From: a virus
Lineage: Duplodnaviria; Caudoviricetes
IMG/VR virus record: IMGVR_UViG_3300037840_000047
Span: 1 to 58,085 of that record
DNA length: 58,085 bases
Direction: 5' to 3' (one strand)
The notes beneath the pieces were generated by a model. That model saw only the letters and a list, made by a program, of their open reading frames with translations. It was not told where the DNA came from and did not search any database. This document shows, one piece after another, positions 9,010-18,600 of the stretch (position 1 is its first letter; each line of letters opens with the position of its first letter). Both the position numbers and the translations under genes were made by a program.

Positions 9010-9849
9010 ATGCCTCCGACAGTCGAAGAGATTCTGAAGCAAACCGGACTAACTGATGAGCAGATCAAAGCTCTCGATCCGAAGGTGATCCCCGCCTTTA
9101 CGCAGGTTGTGTCTACCGCCTCGCAGGATTTGGAAAAAGCAGAACTCGCCAAACGAGCACAGCAACAGCAGTACGACACCGAGATTGCCCCAGCCCTAGA
9201 CAAGTGGGCGAATGACAGCGCAAACCTCGCAGCCGAGCGCGACTACTACAAGACGCTTGCACTCAAAGCAAAGGATGGTGGATTTGTGCCTGCCGCCGAA
9301 CCGTTCACTCCAATCCCCGGCTCTCCCGTCAAAGACCCTGCCACAGGCAAGTTCGTACCCAGCGGAACTGTCGTTCAGCCCAACAATCCGAACTACATGA
9401 CGAAGCAGGAAGGCTTCAGCGCCATCACTGCCTCAACGTGGGTTGTGACGGAGTACATGCGGCTGAACAACGGAGCGGTTCCCCCGGACGATATCCAGAC
9501 CTTAGCGAATGAAGCCGCCAGCCAAAGAATGCAACTTCGCGATTACGTCGAAAAGAAATACGACTTCGGCAAAAAGCGCGATGAGATCAAGGCTGCCGCC
9601 CAGAAGTCGCACGACGACGCTATCCGCAAGGAAGCCAAGGAAGCCGCAGACAAAGAGTGGGCAGAGAAAATCGGCTCCAACCCTGACATTCGGCAGGCCC
9701 AGACTTCAGGCTTCGCAGAGGTGAAGAAGGCCGTTGTGGAAGGCAAGCGTCCTGACCCGTTGAAGATGACGCGAGAGGAACGCCGCCTGAATACCAGAAA
9801 TCAGATTGCGAAAGACTTCGCGGAACACGCTGCAGAGACTGTACAGTAA
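9010..9849 (+). CDS. putative scaffolding protein
   Basis: Charged helical 279-aa protein upstream of the MCP; AAGGA RBS; contains KDPATGKFV. Confidence 0.6.
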   Translation: MPPTVEEILKQTGLTDEQIKALDPKVIPAFTQVVSTASQDLEKAELAKRAQQQQYDTEIAPALDKWANDSANLAAERDYYKTLALKAKDGGFVPAAEPFTPIPGSPVKDPATGKFVPSGTVVQPNNPNYMTKQEGFSAITASTWVVTEYMRLNNGAVPPDDIQTLANEAASQRMQLRDYVEKKYDFGKKRDEIKAAAQKSHDDAIRKEAKEAADKEWAEKIGSNPDIRQAQTSGFAEVKKAVVEGKRPDPLKMTREERRLNTRNQIAKDFAEHAAETVQ

Positions 9850-9858
9850 AATACTGTC

Positions 9859-10428
9859 ATGCTATTCCGAACAAGACCAAATCGACCGGAACTCGAAGCA
9901 GTGAGGGTGCCCTCGGCCTTGGATGTCGCGTGGTCCGCAGGTATTTACGAAGGCGAGGGTAACTGCCGCCTATGTGGACGAGGAAAGCGCAGTCTTGCGG
10001 TGTCCGTCGTCCAGAAAGACCCAGAACTTTTGTATCGGTTGAGAGATTGGTTCGGTGGAAGCGTCAATGTTCCATGTGGAAATCCGTGCTACAAGTGGGA
10101 TATTTGCGGAGACAGGGCGCGACTGTTTATAGCGGCCATATATGAACGCCTAACCGCGCGTCGTCGTGCCCAAGTACACGCTGCTAATGCCTTAGATTTC
10201 TTGCGTGGGCTGTCTCCGGTTGGCATGACCACTGACCAGTTAAAGATACACATGATTTCGTTTTACGAAGCCCATCGCGCCACAACGTGGAAAAACGCCG
10301 ACGCGAGGAGTGAGATCAGGAGAACTCGATATGCTACCGATGAAGCATATAGAGAGAAGTGCAAGGAGCGCACCAGGAGGGTGCGGGACCAAAAAAAGTC
10401 ATCGGCGAATGTGGTGGCCATCGCCTAA
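9859..10428 (+). CDS. LAGLIDADG homing endonuclease
   Basis: AWSAGIYEGEG motif followed by VVQKDPELLYRLRDWFGGSV. Confidence 0.85.
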   Translation: MLFRTRPNRPELEAVRVPSALDVAWSAGIYEGEGNCRLCGRGKRSLAVSVVQKDPELLYRLRDWFGGSVNVPCGNPCYKWDICGDRARLFIAAIYERLTARRRAQVHAANALDFLRGLSPVGMTTDQLKIHMISFYEAHRATTWKNADARSEIRRTRYATDEAYREKCKERTRRVRDQKKSSANVVAIA

Positions 10429-10443
10429 TGTCAGGAGACGAAA

Positions 10444-11763
10444 ATGTTGCTTAAATGGTTTGCATTCGTAGCGCTGAGGATGTTTCAGCAAGTCCTTTGT
10501 TTTCTGACAGATCCATTGTACAACGAAATAGACGCGACCAATCTTGAGTCGGTGCGCCGCCAAGTCGTGTTCGACAACCTTTTCGTAGATACCCCATTCC
10601 AGGCCAAGCTCCGCAAGGCTGGCGTTCTCGATCCATTCCTCGGTGGCTCTGGAATGTTTGAGGGCTTCATCTACGGGCGCGTGCAAGGCCAAGCCCTTGC
10701 TCCGGGATCAACCGTTACCGTAACTCGGCAGCAGTTGAATACGGGCATGAAGTTCCTGCCGAAAGCCTACGCGACATGGGCACCGCTGGACGATTGGGAG
10801 TTGGACGATGGCAGTGGTACAGGCGGAGTTGTGAACTCTGGGTCTTCGATGATTGCCAATCAGTATCAGATTCTCATGGAAAACATGACCATGACTCTGA
10901 ACACGATGCTGGAAATGGACTCTTTCCGGCATGGCCAGCCTTCGGGAGTTGGAATCTCCGACAATCGGCAGTACAACACGAACGGTCTTGACGAGGCCCT
11001 GAACAACGGCATCGACGTTTCTCCCTTCGGAAACACGTATGCCACCTATGGCGGTGTGACTCGAAACGGTGTTGTAGGACCGGCGATGAACTCCACGCCT
11101 CTCTGGTTAGGGCAGACTCCGACCACGGGAACATCTTCGGCGCTAGTGGCTGCGGGAACTGGGCAGATCGACTTCAATGCCCTAATGAGACTATGGGCAC
11201 AGTGCATCGTGACCGGAGGCAAGCCCGACCTCGGCATCACCAATGTGTTCGGCTTTGCCGCTATCGCAAACGCACTCGATGCCCAACGGCGCGATGTTTC
11301 AAACACGAAGCACGACATCGCATGGGATGGATTCACGTTTAACGGCGTGGACATCTATCCTGACCCGCTGGCACCCTCTGCGCTGGCTGGAGATTTTCTC
11401 TCGCTAGCTCCCACGGCTGGCAAGGCGGGCAATAACAACCTGGTAGACGGCGCTGGAGTCAGCACCCAGACCTCGACCGTAAACACGGGGCAGTTCACTA
11501 CTGCTGGTGCCAACGTGACGATCTCGGGCACGGGCAGCAACCAGCCGTCGTATGCAACTTTGACTGTAGGCGAGGTGCTTTACTTCCTTGACACTCCAGA
11601 CTTCAAGTTGCGCCCGACTGACAAGAAGGGCTGGAACTTCGGCTTGAGGCGTGCGCCGATGCCGAACAACGTTTCGATGGATGCGATGTTTATGCGCCTT
11701 GGTACTAACCTGTACAACCCCATGCCACGTCACAGTGCTCTTGCGTTCGGTTTTAGCGCATAA
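10444..11763 (+). CDS. major capsid protein
   Basis: 439 aa after scaffold, strong AGGAG RBS, HK97-like segments KPDLGITN and GFTFNGVDIYPD. Confidence 0.8.
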   Translation: MLLKWFAFVALRMFQQVLCFLTDPLYNEIDATNLESVRRQVVFDNLFVDTPFQAKLRKAGVLDPFLGGSGMFEGFIYGRVQGQALAPGSTVTVTRQQLNTGMKFLPKAYATWAPLDDWELDDGSGTGGVVNSGSSMIANQYQILMENMTMTLNTMLEMDSFRHGQPSGVGISDNRQYNTNGLDEALNNGIDVSPFGNTYATYGGVTRNGVVGPAMNSTPLWLGQTPTTGTSSALVAAGTGQIDFNALMRLWAQCIVTGGKPDLGITNVFGFAAIANALDAQRRDVSNTKHDIAWDGFTFNGVDIYPDPLAPSALAGDFLSLAPTAGKAGNNNLVDGAGVSTQTSTVNTGQFTTAGANVTISGTGSNQPSYATLTVGEVLYFLDTPDFKLRPTDKKGWNFGLRRAPMPNNVSMDAMFMRLGTNLYNPMPRHSALAFGFSA

Positions 11764-11770
11764 TTGTGAA

Positions 11771-12430
11771 ATGGAAAAGAAACGACCAATTCGAGCGCAC
11801 ATGATCGGCAAGGCGGGAGAATACCGCGTAATGTCCGAGTTGTTGTTACGCGGGTACGAGCCGATGATTCCAGCCATCGACAACGGAAAGGACATCGTGT
11901 TGGATGGCGGTCTTAAGTTACAAGTTAAGACTTCCCATCTGCACACAAAGCTACAGTACAGTCACGGCCTATATCGCTTCGACCTAATGGAGATGGGCCG
12001 CAATTCCCGCTATCAGAATTTGATACGGGACTGGACCACGCGGTGTGACTTCTCCGTGCTGTGGTGCATAAACGAGGACAGATTCTTTATCGTCCCCGCC
12101 ACGACTGATCGGGGAGTTATTCTAATCACATCGAAGAAGGAAGATCGCGCCAATGTAATCGACGTAGCGGCTGCGAAGAAAATGCACGCCAGTGGCATGT
12201 CCATGTATGCAATCGCAAAAGAAATGGGCGTGTCGTGGCCAACGGTAAAAGAGCACCTCACCAATCAGCGGAGAAAGACGCGCTCGGAGTCGATGATTAG
12301 GGAAGTCTTGCAATATGAGGACCGTTGGGACTTGCTTGACGTAAACGCTGCCGTGGAGGGCTTGACTCTGACGGTGCCCAAGCCCGGTGAATATCCGATA
12401 GAGATCGACGTGTCGAAGGAGAAAATCTAA
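11771..12430 (+). CDS. PD-(D/E)XK homing endonuclease-like protein with HTH
   Basis: GKAGEYRVMSELLLRGY...DIV...LQVKT; HTH GMSMYAIAKEMGVSWPTVKEHL. Confidence 0.8.
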   Translation: MEKKRPIRAHMIGKAGEYRVMSELLLRGYEPMIPAIDNGKDIVLDGGLKLQVKTSHLHTKLQYSHGLYRFDLMEMGRNSRYQNLIRDWTTRCDFSVLWCINEDRFFIVPATTDRGVILITSKKEDRANVIDVAAAKKMHASGMSMYAIAKEMGVSWPTVKEHLTNQRRKTRSESMIREVLQYEDRWDLLDVNAAVEGLTLTVPKPGEYPIEIDVSKEKI

Positions 12431-13068
12431 TGCCGTTTCAACCGATAGTTCCAACCTGGCTAGCGATTAATGCCTGCAACGACACGTCTCCTTCGTACTT
12501 CACCGACTTGCGACTCGGCATCGCCGTCTTCGCTGGCGGATTGAACCTCGGGGACTATTTCGATCTCACCAACGGCGAAGCGGCCAAACTTTCCTACACG
12601 ACTACGGGCCTTCTGTACGGTGGCCGCTATCGTCGCGTGCAGGTCGATTCAGGCGCTACCGCTGGCAACGTGAAAACCGGAACCATTGGCCTGATGGCAA
12701 GTCTTGCAGCAGTCATTGCGGATGGTGACCCGGCAGGCAAACCCACGGCAAATATCGTGACCAGCTACGACCAGTCCATCGGCGGAGCGGTTGCGGTACG
12801 TCCCTGCATCTTCCTGAATTCCATCACTCCCGGAAACTTCGGGTTCGTGCAGGAACTCGGAATTGCCACGGTACTCGGGAGGGCCACACTTACCAACTCT
12901 GGAACCATCTCCATCGGAGACTTTATTGATTCCAGTACCAATGGTCTCGCTGATGATCCAACCGGGCAAACGAACCGGAGTAAGAACAATATCGGGACGG
13001 CAATCGACTTGCCGAAGAACAATGGATTGTTCAGGATTTCTCTGTTCTTACCGACGTGGCAGGACTAG
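12430..13068 (+). CDS. putative capsid decoration/cement protein
   Basis: Gly-rich beta protein after the MCP with ITPGNFGFVQELG and IGTAID motifs. Confidence 0.5.
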   Translation: MPFQPIVPTWLAINACNDTSPSYFTDLRLGIAVFAGGLNLGDYFDLTNGEAAKLSYTTTGLLYGGRYRRVQVDSGATAGNVKTGTIGLMASLAAVIADGDPAGKPTANIVTSYDQSIGGAVAVRPCIFLNSITPGNFGFVQELGIATVLGRATLTNSGTISIGDFIDSSTNGLADDPTGQTNRSKNNIGTAIDLPKNNGLFRISLFLPTWQD

Positions 13069-13077
13069 GGAGGCACG

Positions 13078-13422
13078 ATGCAGCTCACTTATCTGAAGGG
13101 CTATCCTGACCGCATCGGCAAGCGATTTGCATTCTGCGGATTCGGCACTGGGCCATTGTCCTATGTAGGCGGGGCAACGGGAGGAGACCCTATTCTATTG
13201 CCCACGTTCGACACCTACATCGACGAAATTGAGTCCAGCAGCGTATTGAGCACGGATGGCACCTATATCGTGTTCTTTTACCCTTCGGCCACGGGAAACA
13301 GGCCGACGTGGAAAGCGAGATGGTTTGCTTTCACGACTGCCGGAGTAGGGGCAGAGGCGAGTAACACCACGAATCTTTCGACCAAGAATTTGCAGGTCAG
13401 TGGACTCGGGGGCGTGTACTAA
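13078..13422 (+). CDS. virion structural protein (head)
   Basis: GGAGG RBS; C-terminal EASNTTNLS motif; position in the head operon. Confidence 0.5.
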   Translation: MQLTYLKGYPDRIGKRFAFCGFGTGPLSYVGGATGGDPILLPTFDTYIDEIESSSVLSTDGTYIVFFYPSATGNRPTWKARWFAFTTAGVGAEASNTTNLSTKNLQVSGLGGVY

Positions 13423-13450
13423 ACGATTTCTCTCGGGGAGAGGAAACCTT

Positions 13451-13491
13451 GGGTGCGACTTTCGGGACTCGAAGGTTGCACCCTTTGTTTT
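13451..13491 (+). terminator. intrinsic terminator ending the head operon
   Basis: GGGTGCGACTTTCG-GGACT-CGAAGGTTGCACCC-TTTGTTTT, preceded by a second hairpin at 13427-13446. Confidence 0.8.
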
Positions 13492-13511
13492 AGGTACTAA
13501 CAGGAGGAAAT

Positions 13512-13682
13512 ATGGCAACCAGCATTGTCACCACCCACCACAACGGAACCAAGGGAAAGAAGAAAGGCAAGAAGTTCGCGAAACGGCTGACGCGGAAGCA
13601 TCACCGCAAGCACTCAGGATACAGCATGAAGTCTATCCTGAAAGGGCAGATGTCCTACAAGAAGAAAGGCCGCAAACGCTAA
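13512..13682 (+). CDS. small K/R/H-rich basic protein (56 aa)
   Basis: MATSIVTTHHNGTKGKKKGKKFAKRLTRKHHRKHSGYSMKSILKGQMSYKKKGRKR; AGGAGG RBS. Confidence 0.75.
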   Translation: MATSIVTTHHNGTKGKKKGKKFAKRLTRKHHRKHSGYSMKSILKGQMSYKKKGRKR

Positions 13683-13683
13683 C

Positions 13684-14709
13684 GTGTCCTTTAACTCAAT
13701 GATTCAGCGGATGATCTTGGAAGTTCCGGGAGTAGTGTCTTCCTACGCCCGAACGCTGATCAATGAGTCTTTGGGGCTGATCTACGATAGCCAGATGTGG
13801 TCATGGCAGCTTCAGACTTCAGGCTGGCTCACTCCGGGACTGCTATTCCCCGCTGGGCCGGGAACAAGTGTAGGCACGATTACGACCACGCCATACCAAA
13901 ACACGGTCGTCGGAGATGCAACGGCATCGGCGCAGTGGCTTGCCTACATCACGGCGGCCAGCCTTCCATTGTTTACGCAGTTGCAGATCAGAAGTCCATA
14001 CTATTCCCTCTATAGCATCGTGGCGGTGAACGCTACCAACCCTGCCGCCATCGTCCTCACACTAGACCGTCCGTGGATGGAGCCGGGGGGCACGGCGCAG
14101 TCGTACATGATCTATCAGGCGTATTTCCCTGCTCCGGTGCCGGACTTCAAAAGATTCCTCTCGGCAAGGGATACGACCAACAACTACCCGATGGATTACT
14201 GGAGCAAGAGCCAGAAAGACCTTGCTGTGGACGACCCAGAGAGAACGATCTTTGACGACCCTGACTACTTCGTGCCGTATCAGGTGGACCAGCGTGCGAA
14301 TAGTGCAACTTTAGGGAACATGCTCTACGAATTGTGGCCCCATCCCCTAAGTGTCCTGCCGTACACCTACCAGTACCTTCGCAGGGGGCCGTTGCTCTCA
14401 GGGCCAAACGATACGGTGGTGTACCCGCTCACAGAAGAAGCCGTGTTGTGGCGTGCCAAGGAAGTCGCCTTCGTGTTCAAGGAATCCCAGAAGGGCGAGG
14501 ATATGCAGCGCGGCTCAGGTGCAGACTGGCGCTTTCTTGCAGGAGAAGCCCGAGAGCAGTTCAAGATTGCGATGAAGCCGATTAAGGACCGCGACCGCGA
14601 TCTGATCTCTGACAACTTGTACTGGTCGCAGTTCTTACGCGATGCCATCCCGGATGCAAGCGAGGGCTATGCGACCGTGACGGGCCAGTTGAATATTGGG
14701 TCCATGTAG
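13684..14709 (+). CDS. putative head-tail adaptor protein
   Basis: Helical ends (LINESL...W.W) and an ELWPHP motif typical of adaptors. Confidence 0.55.
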   Translation: MSFNSMIQRMILEVPGVVSSYARTLINESLGLIYDSQMWSWQLQTSGWLTPGLLFPAGPGTSVGTITTTPYQNTVVGDATASAQWLAYITAASLPLFTQLQIRSPYYSLYSIVAVNATNPAAIVLTLDRPWMEPGGTAQSYMIYQAYFPAPVPDFKRFLSARDTTNNYPMDYWSKSQKDLAVDDPERTIFDDPDYFVPYQVDQRANSATLGNMLYELWPHPLSVLPYTYQYLRRGPLLSGPNDTVVYPLTEEAVLWRAKEVAFVFKESQKGEDMQRGSGADWRFLAGEAREQFKIAMKPIKDRDRDLISDNLYWSQFLRDAIPDASEGYATVTGQLNIGSM

Positions 14710-14717
14710 GAGGAGTC

Positions 14718-15170
14718 ATGCAATCACTTCCGCCGCCAACTCCGGGAGTCTACCCTGGTCCTGGTCTGGCTACGCTACTGCGTGCCAATGAGCAAACGAT
14801 TCTCTGGCAGCAGAACTTGATCATCGCTGGAGGCGTGGCAGCGGCAAATGGGAGTAATTCGTCCGCGAGCATCGCCGTGCAACTGGAGAGAATCAAGAGT
14901 TCGTTTTATCCGTGGGGGGCATCAGTCCAGTTCTGGTTTACCAACTCTGCAGGAGCGGCATCGAATCCCGGTGCTTTCGAGTTGGATGTGCAAACGTCTG
15001 ATTTTGATGTGGATGCTCAGTACGTCAGCGCCGCCAAGATCACAGCGGGGCTAAACACGGCCTATGCAACCCGCGTGGAACTAACCTCATTCTGGGCGAG
15101 ATTCCTTCGCGTCAATTTGATCTCGATAGCTAATTCGGGAGTTTACTCGAATGCAGCGGTGACGCGATGA
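14718..15170 (+). CDS. virion structural protein
   Basis: AGGAGG RBS; jelly-roll-like ARFLRVNL C-terminus. Confidence 0.55.
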   Translation: MQSLPPPTPGVYPGPGLATLLRANEQTILWQQNLIIAGGVAAANGSNSSASIAVQLERIKSSFYPWGASVQFWFTNSAGAASNPGAFELDVQTSDFDVDAQYVSAAKITAGLNTAYATRVELTSFWARFLRVNLISIANSGVYSNAAVTR

Positions 15171-15637
15171 CCAAGCGAATTATTGCCGCATTCGCTCTCG
15201 CGGTCTCATGCCTCTTATTCATGGGGCAGGGGCAAGTCCAGCAAAGCCCTCTTGTGGTCGCAGGGATTGTTGACGGGTGGGCACCCATCACGATCACGAC
15301 GACCGCAACGGCCAATCTTGGCTCTCAGTACAGTTCTGGCTATACGTTGAATCAGGATGCCACGGCTGGCGCGGCGATCACCTACACTCTGCCAGCGCCA
15401 TCTCCCGGCAAGCAGTATTGCGTCAAAAACTCCAACAATGGAAGTGCAGCGAACACTGGAACCTTGGAAATACTCGTTGCTGCAACTGCCACGCAATCAC
15501 TGATTTACAACGGCACTAAGTCTACCAGCGGGTACATCATCTCTGGCGGGGCTGGGGGAGATGCTGCATGTGCCGTGGGCATCAGCGCAACACAGTGGGA
15601 AATTTACACTCAGGTAGGAACTTGGACTTTACACTGA
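15167..15637 (+). CDS. fibre-tip-like protein with signal peptide
   Basis: MTKRIIAAFALAVSCLLFMG|Q; ITYTLPAPSPGKQYCVKN...W motif seen in fibre domains. Confidence 0.6.
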   Translation: MTKRIIAAFALAVSCLLFMGQGQVQQSPLVVAGIVDGWAPITITTTATANLGSQYSSGYTLNQDATAGAAITYTLPAPSPGKQYCVKNSNNGSAANTGTLEILVAATATQSLIYNGTKSTSGYIISGGAGGDAACAVGISATQWEIYTQVGTWTLH

Positions 15638-15638
15638 G

Positions 15639-18600
15639 ATGCGTCGTATTCTCCAACTCGCTATCGCTGTCGCGTTGTGGTCGCTTCCGGCTCTCGCTCA
15701 AGGTTCCTTGGCTGGGGTCACGGGCGATTGCACGATTGGTGGGCAACAGGCCCTCACCCAAGGACTGCCTAGCACAGCCACGCAGCAAATAGGGACTACG
15801 AATGTACTGGTTGGGGCAGGCGTGCAGGCATCGTTTCCGGGCTGCCTTGTAACGGTCTATGCCACAGGGACAAGCAACAAGGCCAGCATCTACTCGAACA
15901 ATCTGTTAAGCCCTACGCCGCTGTCGAATCCGTTCACTGCAAATTCAGACGGAAGCTGGACGTTATTCGTGGGCACCGGTGCTTGCTATGACATCACAAT
16001 TAGCTCGGGCACGGGGCCGTTTCTTCCCTACCCTCGGACCTATCCTGACGTGTGCGAGGGCAGCGGGTCCAGCGGAACGATTACTGGAGTTACTCCGGGT
16101 GGATTCCTGCTTCTGACGGGAACCACGGTAGGATTCCAGACTTGCGGCACCATCGGACAGGTGCCTACGTGGAATGGTGTTTCTTGGGCCTGTGGGACTC
16201 CAGGAAGCGGCAGCGTCGTCTCCGTGAGCGGAACTGCCAACGAAATCACGGTCACGAATCCCACGACCACGCCGCAGATATTCCTAGCCAATCCGGGGAT
16301 AACGCCGGGGGACTGGACTGTGGGTGGCAATGGGTTCTTCAACAACAATGCCACGGTCACGGGACTACTGACGGCCAACGGAGGCTTTTTAGCAAATACT
16401 GCAACAGTTTCTTCCCTCGTTAGCGGCCAGTGCGTACAGGCTTCTACGGCAGGCTTGCTGACGACCACGGGAAGTCCTTGCGGGAACAGCGGTGGAGGGA
16501 TTACCGGAAGTGGAAACTCAGGAAACTTGGCTGAGTTTACGGGGTCTGCCTCAATAGGAAACGCCCCCATTGTGGACGGGGGGAGTACGGGTTTGGTGGT
16601 CACAAACCCTACGGCTGGAAACTTCAATGTGAATACTGGCGGACTGACGGGTGGGCAGTTGATCGTCGCTGGCCCAACGGCCTCTCCGCAGTCTAGTTAC
16701 ATCGGGCAGTTGCCGCTCAGTCAGGTCGGAACCAGCGCGACGAACTACAGCTATTGCCGATTTAATACCGGGACTTTGGCCTGTGCCGCGCTTGGCGGGG
16801 CCACTGGAAACTCCGCCTTTCTCAACCTCAGTGATACCACTATCGCCAACCCGAGTTGGCAACTCAAAGACAGTCTTCTTGATGAGATTTACGGCCTAGG
16901 GACGGGTGGAATCGTCGTCAATGTCCCGAGCGGGGGATTCGCCACGCTGTTTGACGTAAACCTTACGCAAGTCGCTGCCATCGGGAGCATAGGCGGTAAC
17001 ACTGGAATCCAAATCAATTCTGGCAGTGTTTTGAATCTGCCCATGACTGGAACGCAGTGCCTAGAGGAAGTCTCTGGAATTGTGACGGCCACTGGTTCAG
17101 CCTGTGGTTCTGGTGGTGGTTCATCGGCTCTTTCTGCGATAACGGCGGCGACTACGACGAACACGATTGCCAACGGAAACAACGGTGGGCAGGTATGGAA
17201 CTGGGCACAGACCAGCGCCTCGCAGACCGCATTTACCTTTGGAGAAACTACAGCAGCAACAGGCTCAGGCGATCAGGAACTTCTCGTTAAGACTTTGGCT
17301 GGCTCTACTTCTGCGCCCTTAACTGTCATCAGTTCACTGACCGGCTCTCAGAATCTTCCAACCGTGCAAATTACGCCGACATGGAACACCACGGGAGTAG
17401 TGGATGCAGCGTTGTTTATCAACGTAACGAATGCGGCCTCGGGCACCGGTTCAACTCTCATTGACGCACAGGTAGGGGCAGTGAGCCAGTGGAAAGCCGA
17501 CAAGACGGGGCAAACTACGCAGAATGGCCCGGTAAATGTCCTCAGTGACGGAGTACATGCAGGGTCAGTCCAGCTACTCGGAAACACCACAGTACCGTCT
17601 TTGACCGCGAACACGTTCTCTATTATCGGCCCGAACTCGGTGTCGTTCACGGCATGGGCGATTCAGATGTCCACGAATTCTCCCAGCGTGCCGAGTTTGT
17701 TAAAAATGGGGACGTCATCTGGCGGAATCTCGCAGGGTTCTCCGATTACGATTCAAGGCACCGATACCAGCATCTTGAGTTCTGGAACTATATCAGGAAC
17801 CAGCATCCTTCTCTGCACGGATGGCAACGGCGGGGCTACGACTTCTAGTTGCCCGACTTCCAGCCTCCCCTCAGGTACGCAGGGCAACGATCTGATTAAC
17901 ACCAGCAGTGGAACGGGAACGACCTACTCCGCCCGTCCCAATGTGATTCATACAGCGTCATACCCAGCAGCCACGTTCGACGTAATCTTGGCCGCATGTT
18001 CGGCTAGCCCTACACCCTGTTATGTGATTGGAGACCCATCGGGAACACCAATTCAGGTTGGGAATACTCCGGCTGTGATCGGCTCTTTCACTCAGCAGGT
18101 TATCTTCGAGAATCAAGGCGTGGCCTTGGAGTGCGTGGGCACGGTGGGCGCGAACTGCATCGCAATCTCTCAGTGGGGGAGTATGTCGTGTCGTGCGATA
18201 GGGATTGGCACTCCCGCCTCCGGCTGTATGGTCTATACCTCCTCGTCTGCAAATATAACCAGTATGGTAACTAATGCCACTCAGGACGGAACGCAGAGCG
18301 CATTTACTCTCCGGGGATTCAACTTCGTTCCGAATGCTACCGCAACTATTGTCAATGCCGCGATATGGATTGTTGCGGTGGAGGGCAAAGGCGTAATCGA
18401 AGACAGCAGCGTCCTTGGCATCGCAGGAACGAATAGTAGCTGCAACGGCAACCCAGCCCACACATTCTGCGACCTCTCCCTTGAAGATGGCTTGACAACG
18501 GGAAGCAATAACCAGTTAGTTTTCAAAAATAACGCTTTTTATGGCAACGGCAAGGCAGGCAACGTTTCTATCAATATCGTTTCGTCCCCATCTAGCGGAA

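Noticed and set aside
9859-12430. Group I introns or inteins hosting the endonucleases
   Set aside because: Flanking genes have their own starts and stops and there is no non-coding room for intron cores.
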